Shown: positions 29,222 through 37,127 of the stretch, in pieces
How the letters are laid out: each line of letters opens with the position of its first letter
How positions within the stretch are numbered: position 1 is the stretch's first letter
From: a virus
Taxonomy: Duplodnaviria > Caudoviricetes
DNA length: 39,384 nucleotides
Reading direction: 5' to 3' (one strand)
IMG/VR virus record: IMGVR_UViG_3300020227_000030
Span: 1 to 39,384 of that record
The notes under the pieces: model-generated
What the model was told of the DNA's origin: nothing
The model's input: the letters and a program-made list of their open reading frames with translations, nothing else
The model's database searches: none
Program-made: the position numbers and the translations under genes

Positions 29222-29553
29222 TAGTAATCACTTCCAATGAACCAATCAATAAAAACTGTAACCACTCTGTCTCCTTTATGATTGGCAGTTATGACGTATA
29301 CTGGAGAATTATCTTCAAGTAGTGCTTCAGACCAACCAATTTCTACAACAAAATGATTTGCTCTTATCCCACAAAATCTACTGTCGTTGCGTTCTACCAT
29401 AAAGACATCTTGTGCATGAAAAGTATTTAGAATATCAAGATCAATTCCGTGTAAATTTTTCAAGTTATCTATTTCATGGTTATCTATAATGACGAAATCT
29501 TTATTATCATAAAGTTTTTGCAAGTAATTTTCTGATTTTTGACGAATATCCAA
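29221..29553 (-). CDS. Hypothetical protein
   Basis: GAGGAGG RBS, TTG start. Confidence 0.75.
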   Translation of the reverse strand: MDIRQKSENYLQKLYDNKDFVIIDNHEIDNLKNLHGIDLDILNTFHAQDVFMVERNDSRFCGIRANHFVVEIGWSEALLEDNSPVYVITANHKGDRVVTVFIDWFIGSDY

Positions 29554-29576
29554 CTGTATTCCTCCTCTTTATTATT

Positions 29577-29960
29577 TTAAAATGGCAAATCGTCTCCCTT
29601 AATGTCGGCTGTACCATTTTCGAATGCGTTTTGCTGTTTGTTTTGGTTATTTGATGATTTAGTATCTAAGAATTCAACTCTGTTAGCATTGAATATTACT
29701 CGTTCGCGATTATTACCTTCTTTATCAGTAAACGTGTTTTGTTTAGCTGAACCTTCAATCAAAACTTTTGAACCTTTGCCACAGTATTCTGCTAGTAAGT
29801 CTGCTGTTTTGTTCCATGCTTCAATATGAAAGAAACTTGTATCTTCACGTTTGAATGGATTATCTACTGCTAATGAGAAGTGTGTAACCTTATTCTGTCC
29901 TACTTCTTTAATTTCTAAATCTTTTGTAATACGACCTGTAAATATGATTGAGTTTGTCAT
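29577..29960 (-). CDS. ssb: Single-stranded DNA-binding protein
   Basis: GRITKD, FSLAV, KGSKVLIEG motifs and DDLPF tail. Confidence 0.96.
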   Translation of the reverse strand: MTNSIIFTGRITKDLEIKEVGQNKVTHFSLAVDNPFKREDTSFFHIEAWNKTADLLAEYCGKGSKVLIEGSAKQNTFTDKEGNNRERVIFNANRVEFLDTKSSNNQNKQQNAFENGTADIKGDDLPF

Positions 29961-30577
29961 TATTTATCATCCTTTTTGTTATAATATTTAATTCCGTTAC
30001 CTAATCTAACTAGAGCCTCTTCAGCGTCTTGAGCAGAAATTTTATCTGGTATTTGCATTTTCTTTTTTAATTGCGATTCACTTATATTCATCAGTGGTGC
30101 AAGTTGTTTTACTTTGTCGTTGATTGATTTAATTTCATCATCTGATGCAGATTCAAACGGCATTTCTGGTTCATCTTCACCGTGATATAGGTAAAGTCCG
30201 ATTCCTAACAACGCTGCACACTTAACAAATGCACGTTTATAAGTTTTATTAATTTGGAACATGTCAGCTTGCTTATAAGGTACTGACTTATTTTTAAAAT
30301 CTAATACCGGCAACGTTTCAGTCTTAGTTAAACCTTTTAAGGTTATTGATACCGTTACACTATATCCCTCTGGACTCGCTAAGTACGGTACGAAATACTG
30401 TTCGTTAGCTACTTCAGGATGCGGATATTCATGTATCTTCATTTCATAGTTAGGGTCAATTTTCATAAGCTCTTGATGCGCATATGACCAAGCTAGGTAA
30501 GATAATCCTTGTTTTTTTTCAACATGATCATTCACGTTCATTGAATTAAGTTGTTGAAATAATGTTTGTTCAGTCAT
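29960..30577 (-). CDS. Sak-type single-strand annealing protein (DUF1071)
   Basis: VEKKQGLSYLAWSYA and KRAFVKCAALLGIGLYLY motifs; upstream of ssb. Confidence 0.88.
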   Translation of the reverse strand: MTEQTLFQQLNSMNVNDHVEKKQGLSYLAWSYAHQELMKIDPNYEMKIHEYPHPEVANEQYFVPYLASPEGYSVTVSITLKGLTKTETLPVLDFKNKSVPYKQADMFQINKTYKRAFVKCAALLGIGLYLYHGEDEPEMPFESASDDEIKSINDKVKQLAPLMNISESQLKKKMQIPDKISAQDAEEALVRLGNGIKYYNKKDDK

Positions 30578-30815
30578 TGTCTTCCTCCGTATCTACAAAA
30601 TATGATGCTGGATATACTTTCTTTATCGCTTTATGTCTTGTCATGTCTATTGAAGATTTCTCTGTTCCATCAAACTCACGTGCATCGCCGATATAATTTG
30701 AATATTTAATAGTTGATTTTTTATCAATTGGTTTATTGCTTATATATAAGTCGTCAAAGCCTGTTCGTGCTTTAATAACGTAAGTTATAATATCCTTCGC
30801 CATTTGACGAAACAC
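30570..30815 (-). CDS. DUF2483-like protein
   Basis: LYISNKP, DAREF and IDMTRHKAIKK motifs. Confidence 0.75.
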   Translation of the reverse strand: MFRQMAKDIITYVIKARTGFDDLYISNKPIDKKSTIKYSNYIGDAREFDGTEKSSIDMTRHKAIKKVYPASYFVDTEEDND

Positions 30816-30839
30816 CTCTTTCCCGTGTATATTTAAGTT

Positions 30840-30895
30840 GTATATTTTTAAAAGTGTTTGACTGTTAGCAATTGCTGTTGCTTTCAGTCTTTTTT
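30840..30895 (+). ncRNA. Putative short antisense RNA, copy 1
   Basis: TTGACG-N18-TATATT (30804-30833), then hairpin GACTG...CAGTC and T tract. Confidence 0.45.
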
Positions 30896-31041
30896 ATTGT
30901 GTTAAGGAACCAGTCCCAACACATGTATGATAAGAAACTTAGTAATACTGATAATGTAATGCCAAGGAAAAACTCTTGTACTGTCAAAGCTACAATTAAT
31001 GTAATGACTGGCATTGTTATTATTGTTAAAAACATCCTCAT
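30865..31041 (-). CDS. 58-aa two-TM peptide (DUF1270-like), copy 1
   Basis: GAGGG RBS; MRMFLTIITMPVITLIVAL...SYMCWDWFLNTIKKTESNSNC. Confidence 0.75.
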   Translation of the reverse strand: MRMFLTIITMPVITLIVALTVQEFFLGITLSVLLSFLSYMCWDWFLNTIKKTESNSNC

Positions 31042-31042
31042 G

Positions 31043-31261
31043 CTATCCCTCCTTTAATCTTTTAAAATTATCAATCAAATACTGTTGCATATGTGGACCA
31101 ACAAATCTGTATTCATCATTGTTGTGTTTTGGCTTGTGTGAGAATTCTTCTATTTCCTGCCACACTTTTTTATTTTTAATCATGTTAGCCATAATCCACG
31201 GGCGACTTTCATTTGATTCATTCATCAAATCTTCCATGTTCCACCATGTTTTAGTAGTCAT
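31043..31261 (-). CDS. DUF771-like (Xis/MerR-type) protein
   Basis: WWNMEDL and EIEEFSHKP...YRF motifs; AAAGGA RBS. Confidence 0.7.
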   Translation of the reverse strand: MTTKTWWNMEDLMNESNESRPWIMANMIKNKKVWQEIEEFSHKPKHNNDEYRFVGPHMQQYLIDNFKRLKEG

Positions 31262-31320
31262 TTCGAATCATCCTTTCTGGTATAATTGATTTATCTGTGT
31301 GTAAAGGTGGTGAGAATAAT

Positions 31321-31617
31321 ATGGATAAAATTTTTAATACAGTTAAATTTCCTTTTGAATATCTTGTTGAACCAACATTAGATAATCCGGAAATTGAAAT
31401 GGAAATTGAAATACCTTGGTGGGATGAGGAAAAAGGGCCATTAGAACAAATGCAGCGCGATGTTATTTTTGAAGATGAAAACATCAAAGTGTTTGACCAA
31501 TTATATGAAAATGGATTTCACGCCTTTTTTATTCAAACTCCTACCAAAGGAATCATTAAAACTAATTGGGAATTAGATGAAATGAAAAATGGTGTTTACT
31601 TGCCTAGAATTCAGTAA
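31321..31617 (+). CDS. Counter-oriented moron, 98-aa acidic protein
   Basis: TGGTATAAT extended -10 and AAAGGTGGTGA RBS. Confidence 0.8.
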   Translation: MDKIFNTVKFPFEYLVEPTLDNPEIEMEIEIPWWDEEKGPLEQMQRDVIFEDENIKVFDQLYENGFHAFFIQTPTKGIIKTNWELDEMKNGVYLPRIQ

Positions 31618-31756
31618 TGCCGTTTTCATTTATGAATGTTTTACCGTTTTTAAAACCAATTTTAATAGAATGGGTTTTAGTTTTCTTAACACTCTTAATC
31701 TCTTCCGCCAAGATGACGATTAGGAGTGTTATTTTTAATGCTTGTTTTAAGTTCAT
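31604..31756 (-). CDS. 50-aa protein (MNLKQALKITLLIVILAEEIK...)
   Basis: GAGGAGG RBS; not in ORF track. Confidence 0.75.
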   Translation of the reverse strand: MNLKQALKITLLIVILAEEIKSVKKTKTHSIKIGFKNGKTFINENGITEF

Positions 31757-31832
31757 ATATTAATCCTCCTCTATCTTTTATTATTTTAGTTTCGTACAAT
31801 AGTGTTATCTCCTAATGAAAGGAGGTGTTATT

Positions 31833-31970
31833 ATGGCTAAACTTGAATATGTTATGAACATACCACCTTCGTTTTGTCCTGCATGTGGACGTGAATTTAA
31901 CTTTGATTCTTCTAAATCCACTAATAAATGCAGCAAACAAAGCTGTGGTACTAAAGTAAAAGTCAAATAA
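31833..31970 (+). CDS. 45-aa zinc-ribbon protein (moron)
   Basis: AAAGGAGGTG RBS; CPACG and CSKQSCG motifs; TACAAT -10 upstream, terminator downstream. Confidence 0.8.
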   Translation: MAKLEYVMNIPPSFCPACGREFNFDSSKSTNKCSKQSCGTKVKVK

Positions 31971-31978
31971 CTTTTCTT

Positions 31979-32013
31979 CCTAGTGGTTGTTACAGCAACT
32001 GCTAGGTTTATTT
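31979..32013. terminator. Terminator between convergent genes
   Basis: CCTAGTGGTTG-TTACAG-CAACTGCTAGG followed by TTTATTT. Confidence 0.75.
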
Positions 32014-32136
32014 AATTTCAAGAATAGTCTGGATAGATCTAGTTAAATCTAAAATTGTGTCTGCTTCGTTAGCTTGCTGTACCTTTTCGAGTAATACGAT
32101 TATTGTTTCTTCTTTTGCTTTTTTTAGTTCTTTCAT
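32008..32136 (-). CDS. 42-aa helical protein (MKELKKAKEETIIVLL...)
   Basis: AGGAGG RBS. Confidence 0.7.
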   Translation of the reverse strand: MKELKKAKEETIIVLLEKVQQANEADTILDLTRSIQTILEIK

Positions 32137-32147
32137 TCCGTTTCCTC

Positions 32148-32282
32148 CTAAATTTCAATCACTGATGGTCTAACATCTTTAATAAATTGAATTGCTAAGT
32201 CTACATCTTTACGTTTGATGTGGTTGTTAGGTGAGTTGCCTTTCATACCTAAATGTTTTTTAGTTAAGACGAGTAATTTACT
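32148..32282 (-). pseudogene. C-terminal remnant of an antirepressor
   Basis: Frame SKLLVLTKKHLGMKGNSPNNHIKRKDVDLAIQFIKDVRPSVIEI with no upstream start; resembles recalled staphylococcal BRO antirepressor C-termini. Confidence 0.6.
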
Positions 32283-32392
32283 TGCCCTTCTATATTTGAA
32301 TAAGCTAGTTTTATCGTTAAATCTGTGCTTATATTAATTAATCTTTGTAGATTCATTTGACTACCTCCTATGTTTTAGGGCATAATCTATAT

Positions 32393-32459
32393 AGATTTCT
32401 TTATTCATAAGATTATGCCCAGACTGTTTGCTAATTGCTCTTAGCATTCGGTCTTTTTT
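32393..32459 (+). ncRNA. Putative short antisense RNA, copy 2
   Basis: TTGACT-N18-CATAAT (32357-32386), then hairpin GACTG...CGGTC and T6. Confidence 0.45.
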
Positions 32460-32614
32460 GTTGTCTTTAAATAATTAATCCATGCGTCCCACGCCATATA
32501 GCTAAAGCATGCTGTCACCCAATAAATCAGTAACAAGTAGATAAAGTCTTTCGTGAATATCAATGCAATGAAGAATGCTAATACTGCTGTAGCTAGTGCT
32601 AATGTACCTTTCAT
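32441..32614 (-). CDS. 57-aa two-TM peptide, copy 2
   Basis: GGAGG RBS, ATGA overlap; ...SYMAWDAWINYLKTTKKTEC. Confidence 0.78.
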   Translation of the reverse strand: MKGTLALATAVLAFFIALIFTKDFIYLLLIYWVTACFSYMAWDAWINYLKTTKKTEC

Positions 32615-32823
32615 GTCGTAACCTCCAATTCTTTTATTGTTTCGTCATCTATTGAATAAGGAAATTTTTCTTTCGCTAATCCAATTGGCAATTTACCTCT
32701 AATTGCGACAAAGCCCTCTTTTTCCATTTCTTCATTTAATTCTCTAATAATATTGGTTGCTTTACTTTTTGAAACTCCAGTTATTTTCATTAAATCTTTT
32801 GCGTCTATATAATTTTTTCGCAT
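32611..32823 (-). CDS. Excisionase-like HTH protein (ICEBs1 Xis-like)
   Basis: KDLMKITGVSKSKATNIIRELNEEMEKEGF and GKLP motifs. Confidence 0.75.
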   Translation of the reverse strand: MRKNYIDAKDLMKITGVSKSKATNIIRELNEEMEKEGFVAIRGKLPIGLAKEKFPYSIDDETIKELEVTT

Positions 32824-32913
32824 TGTCTATCTCTCCTTTTAAAATTTACTATTCGGTCGTGCAATAATGTTTGATACAATTAAGTCATCCGTGTGCAAAG
32901 GGGGTGTACTAAT

Positions 32914-33240
32914 ATGTCTGTTAATAATTCAGGAAAAGTTTTACTTTATTTATATCGTGATTATTTAAAGCGTTCAGAAAACAATCACGACGAAGATTCA
33001 GCGCGCCATTTCAATGAAGAATATAAGGTTTTAAAAGAACTGAACTTAAATTTAAACCCTATTCAATTTCATGTTGCTTTGAAAAATCTTTCTGAGGAAG
33101 GTTTTTTACATACTCCTAAAGATACTTCGGATGGTTTCCCTGAGTTCTCATTGACTGATCATGCTATTGACAGTTTGAATCAAAAATTTAATGGCGGTTT
33201 CGACGATATTGATACTATTGTTAATTCATTGAACGAATAA
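32914..33240 (+). CDS. Counter-oriented moron, winged-helix-like protein
   Basis: TGATACAAT extended -10; AAAGGGGGTG RBS; ALKNLSEEGFL and LTDHAI motifs. Confidence 0.8.
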   Translation: MSVNNSGKVLLYLYRDYLKRSENNHDEDSARHFNEEYKVLKELNLNLNPIQFHVALKNLSEEGFLHTPKDTSDGFPEFSLTDHAIDSLNQKFNGGFDDIDTIVNSLNE

Positions 33241-33484
33241 CATCGTCGAGAGATGATGGATTTAAACCTACAACTTCCCAATCATCTGCTATTAAGTCCT
33301 CTGCATTTGGTATCCACCCTTTGTAGAGGACTAAATTTTTCGGCTTTACAACCACATAACCGTAAATATTTGTAGGTATAATTTCTAAATTTTCTCCTGT
33401 GTCCCTTGTTTTATCAAACTCACTTGTGCGATGAATCGTTCTGCCTTTTTCCATTGCTAACTTAGTTGCTTTTTGTATGTTCAT
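33221..33484 (-). CDS. DUF2829/Tad2-like protein
   Basis: MNIQKATK N-terminus and WIPNAEDLIADDWEVV signature. Confidence 0.75.
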   Translation of the reverse strand: MNIQKATKLAMEKGRTIHRTSEFDKTRDTGENLEIIPTNIYGYVVVKPKNLVLYKGWIPNAEDLIADDWEVVGLNPSSLDDVIRSMN

Positions 33485-33517
33485 TCCGTTTCCTCCTATA
33501 TTTCTATTTGTAGTGTT

Positions 33518-33865
33518 TTATAAAAATCTTTCTGCATACAAACCAATCATGTATTCTTTGTTAGAATCATTCATATTATTAACGCTTTTAGATAACAGGG
33601 TTAAGTTAGCATCCCGAGAAATCCAAAAATTAACTCCATACTTATCGTAAAAATTATCAGGATTCATATTGAATGAATCTTTAATGAAGTACTCTAACGA
33701 ATCTGTGTCGATTGTTTTATATTCAACACCAGCGTGTTTTAAAAGTAAGTCGTATCTATCGTCGTCATAAGGATTTGCATAATCTAATAAAAACGCTAGA
33801 CCGTCCTTGCCTTCTTTTATTTTTGTTTCTATCATTTCATTTTCAAGCTTTAATAAAGCGTCCAT
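33518..33865 (-). CDS. Hypothetical protein
   Basis: AGGAGG RBS. Confidence 0.8.
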   Translation of the reverse strand: MDALLKLENEMIETKIKEGKDGLAFLLDYANPYDDDRYDLLLKHAGVEYKTIDTDSLEYFIKDSFNMNPDNFYDKYGVNFWISRDANLTLLSKSVNNMNDSNKEYMIGLYAERFL

Positions 33866-33892
33866 TATTTCTCCTCCTATATTTGTGATAAA

Positions 33893-34411
33893 TTAGCTTG
33901 ATTTTCTATTATTGGTTGAAAATAACGTGATCACTTTATCTTGGTTTTTCTCAGCTACTTCTTTTTGTTTATCAGTTAATTTAAGATAATTTAATGGCAA
34001 ATCTAAAAGTTCAATTTCGTTGATATATTGCATTGCTTTATCGTAATCAATATGACGTATCGTTGTATAAGTGATAGCGTCGAAATACTCATTCAAAGCT
34101 TTGTAAATGCCAATTAATAAATGGATACGTTTCTTGTGGAATAGTTCATCTGATATGTTTGTTGTAAAGAAATGGTGTGTTAAAGTATAAGCTCGCTCAG
34201 ATACTTTTGATTTAATTTTCTTAGCCTCACCATGTTGTAATGTTTTAGTGTTTTCTAAATCTTCGAGTCTCTCATTTGCTCTTTGTTCAATTTGCTTTAT
34301 TTCATCTCTAGTTTCTTTGACTTCATCAACAATTTTTAGAAGATACTCTCCTTGCTTATTTACTTGTTGAATTTGACCTTTGATTAATTCTAGTTCGTTA
34401 GTTTTAGACAT
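33893..34411 (-). CDS. ORF6C-like antirepressor-associated protein
   Basis: IYKALNEYFDAITYTTIRHIDYDKAMQYI. Confidence 0.7.
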   Translation of the reverse strand: MSKTNELELIKGQIQQVNKQGEYLLKIVDEVKETRDEIKQIEQRANERLEDLENTKTLQHGEAKKIKSKVSERAYTLTHHFFTTNISDELFHKKRIHLLIGIYKALNEYFDAITYTTIRHIDYDKAMQYINEIELLDLPLNYLKLTDKQKEVAEKNQDKVITLFSTNNRKSS

Positions 34412-35330
34412 CTATAACATCTCCTTGGTTAATTTGTTTTTTTAATCTACTTACCATGTCGGTTAAATCTTTAATAATTTTTTCAATTGGTTCCCTTGCG
34501 TAATCGTTGTCGACAATATCTTTTGAAAACGCTAGATAACATAACGGCGCAACTTCTCGAATAACTTTCTCGCTGCCTTTTACCAGGTCATATATTTCTT
34601 TCTGCGCTTTTAACCTTTGCTGTCCCTCATTAAGTTTAGTATTCATACTGTTAATTGCTTTATTTAGCTCGTCGTATTTTGCCGACTTTTCATCTGTTTC
34701 GGAACGTTCATGTTTTAAATTTTCAATATCTGAATTAAGCTTCTTGTTATGATTTGATACTTCATTAAGATAATTTTGAAGTTGTTTATTACTTTCTTTT
34801 AAGTCTTGATAATCTTCAGGTTCCATATAACGCTCAATTACTTCTGGCTCCTTATTTTGTTCATTCTCTAGTTGCTTTTGTGCAATTGACTCTGAACGTT
34901 TAGATTGTTCAAGTTGAGACTCGAGTTGAGATTTTTCTTCTTCACGTTTTTTGAGTAGTTGTTTTAAATCGCGAATTTCTTTAGATGACATTTCTTCCGG
35001 TTTTTTAGTCTCGCCATTTAAAGTTGTGTGTTCCTTATTACGTTCTTCCAAAGGTAATGTAGATATTTCATAAAGTATTGTCATTGGAATTTGCGTTGAC
35101 GCAATTTTGTTACCGTGTTCTTCAATAATTTTTATAAATCTACTAGCTTGTGACTTATCCATGTCAATTCGTTCAAGCCATCTTCCAAACTCGCCATGTG
35201 CTAAATCATTCTCTTTAACATGTTTTAATCTTCGACCAATTTCAAATATCGATTGACCTGCAATGTTTTGGTAGCTTTTAATTTCAGTTTCAATAGTTGT
35301 TAGGTCATCGCTTAGTTGAACATCATTCAT
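34404..35330 (-). CDS. DUF3102 coiled-coil protein
   Basis: FEIGRRLKHVKENDLAHGEFGRWL. Confidence 0.85.
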   Translation of the reverse strand: MNDVQLSDDLTTIETEIKSYQNIAGQSIFEIGRRLKHVKENDLAHGEFGRWLERIDMDKSQASRFIKIIEEHGNKIASTQIPMTILYEISTLPLEERNKEHTTLNGETKKPEEMSSKEIRDLKQLLKKREEEKSQLESQLEQSKRSESIAQKQLENEQNKEPEVIERYMEPEDYQDLKESNKQLQNYLNEVSNHNKKLNSDIENLKHERSETDEKSAKYDELNKAINSMNTKLNEGQQRLKAQKEIYDLVKGSEKVIREVAPLCYLAFSKDIVDNDYAREPIEKIIKDLTDMVSRLKKQINQGDVIDV

Positions 35331-35524
35331 TAGCTATTCACCTCTTCTTTAATTTCTAAAATTTGTGCAATACGTTTCTTTTGTTGTTCTGCATCTCTAC
35401 GTCCACGTAATATGTCTGAAAGATATGCAGAAGATATACCAAGTAAATCAGCTAATTGTTTATTTTTCATATTTCTTTTGAGCAATTCTGTACGCACTTT
35501 TAAACCAAATTCAGTTGTTGCCAT
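35330..35524 (-). CDS. Cro-like HTH protein
   Basis: QLADLLGISSAYLSDILRGRR; first lytic gene, divergent from the repressor. Confidence 0.88.
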   Translation of the reverse strand: MATTEFGLKVRTELLKRNMKNKQLADLLGISSAYLSDILRGRRDAEQQKKRIAQILEIKEEVNS

Positions 35525-35557
35525 ATATAATCACCTCCATTAAATAGTATTTTTCCA

Positions 35558-35779
35558 TACTTTTTAAATCTAACTATTGATTTAAAATAGATTTTAAGCT
35601 AAAATATAAGCATAGCTAAATAAACCAATAACAAAACATATTTGTCCCGTTATTACGGTCTTTATAATTCGTTCCCCAACGTAATTATTTTGTATTGTTT
35701 TATTGGCTAAATCAATAGCGTAACCAAAGTATATTAGCTTTAAATCTATTTGTCAATGCTTTTTTAATTTTAAATCTAA
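35558..35779. promoter_or_regulatory. Lysis/lysogeny switch: two face-to-face promoters and four operator-like sites
   Basis: Plus strand TTGATT-N17-TAAAAT (35577-35605); minus strand TTGACA-N17-TATACT (35756-35728); 16-bp near-palindromes. Confidence 0.75.
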
Positions 35780-35809
35780 CTTTGGTTAAAGAATAGGAGA
35801 AATACTATT

Positions 35810-36160
35810 ATGAATACGTTTCAAAAGATACGTACTTTAGCAAGTAAAGAAGGGCTTTCAATCGCAGAATTAGAAAGAAAATTAAACCTGTCTAATGGTT
35901 CTATATCTAGATGGAAAAATGCAGCTCCTAGCTCTAAAGGTTTAATAGCAGTGGCTGACTATTTCGATGTATCAGTGGATTACCTATTGGGAAGAGATAA
36001 AGAGGAATATAAAGGTGAAGAAAAACCAAGAGATATAAGAATTATGCAAAGAGCTGCCGAAAACATGACAGAGGATGATAGAAAGAAAGCTTTAGCATTT
36101 TTTGAAAATTTTATGGATAATTGGGAAGAATATATCAAGGATGAAAATAACGACGACTAA
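35810..36160 (+). CDS. Immunity repressor (XRE HTH, ImmR-like)
   Basis: ELERKLNLSNGSISRW and VADYFDVSVDYLLGR motifs; no S24 autopeptidase domain. Confidence 0.92.
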   Translation: MNTFQKIRTLASKEGLSIAELERKLNLSNGSISRWKNAAPSSKGLIAVADYFDVSVDYLLGRDKEEYKGEEKPRDIRIMQRAAENMTEDDRKKALAFFENFMDNWEEYIKDENNDD

Positions 36161-36178
36161 TATTAAGGGGTAGATTTT

Positions 36179-36943
36179 TTGCAACTACAATACGAACAAT
36201 CTTTTTTACGAGCTGCTAAAAAAGTGCAACAATTAACAAACGAAAAAGATATAGAGAATTTCCCATTACCGATAAAACAAGTAATAAAAGAGGATAAAAG
36301 TGTACATTTACTGACTTACAAACAAGCTGCTGAGATAAACAAATGTGAAATTAAAGACATAGCGCAATTTGGAAAATCTAATGAAGCTTTTCATATACAA
36401 ATAAACGAGATTAGTTTCATTATATATAATGATGAAATGTATTATAAAAGGTTACGCTTCACTCTAGCACATGAATATGGACACCTTAAATTAAATCATG
36501 GCGGCACTACTTTAAATCGTAATAAAACATTTCGCGATAAAACAAGGGTAAAATTAGAAGAGTATGAAGCAAATACTTTTGCTTCTTGCCTTCTATTCCC
36601 TTTAAATTTGAGATATAAATATAGAGAATATATGTCCATTCCAGAAATTGCAGATTTATTTCAAATTAGCGAAAGCTCAGCGAGTATTGCTATGAAAATA
36701 TTAGATAATCACTTGGATAATGGTTTGGAAGAAGTTATTTCTGTATATGAACACAAGCAATTTTCTACATATATATCTTATTTGGATGAATTATTACAAG
36801 ATCGAATTGAATATTTGCAATCAATTAACCAAGAATACGCAAATTGGTTTCATGAAGAATATGAAATTTATACAAAAGAAGAACAAAATCGTATGTATAA
36901 AGAAGTTATGGATTTTAATTTAATACATTTTACTGGGTACTAA
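36179..36943 (+). CDS. ImmA/IrrE-family metallopeptidase
   Basis: RLRFTLAHEYGH and EYEANTFASCLLFP motifs. Confidence 0.92.
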   Translation: MQLQYEQSFLRAAKKVQQLTNEKDIENFPLPIKQVIKEDKSVHLLTYKQAAEINKCEIKDIAQFGKSNEAFHIQINEISFIIYNDEMYYKRLRFTLAHEYGHLKLNHGGTTLNRNKTFRDKTRVKLEEYEANTFASCLLFPLNLRYKYREYMSIPEIADLFQISESSASIAMKILDNHLDNGLEEVISVYEHKQFSTYISYLDELLQDRIEYLQSINQEYANWFHEEYEIYTKEEQNRMYKEVMDFNLIHFTGY

Positions 36944-37127
36944 ATTATTACATATTAAAATTCTGATTGAATTATTAAACTACAATTTTAAATATGTGTA
37001 TTTTATTCTGAATATTGTGTAAAAAGTTAAAAAATATTTTGCTATGCCTACTACAAATTATAATATGTTTTATGTACACTTATATTAATGTGTTTTTATA
37101 ACATAAATGTATGGGAGGAATTTTATT

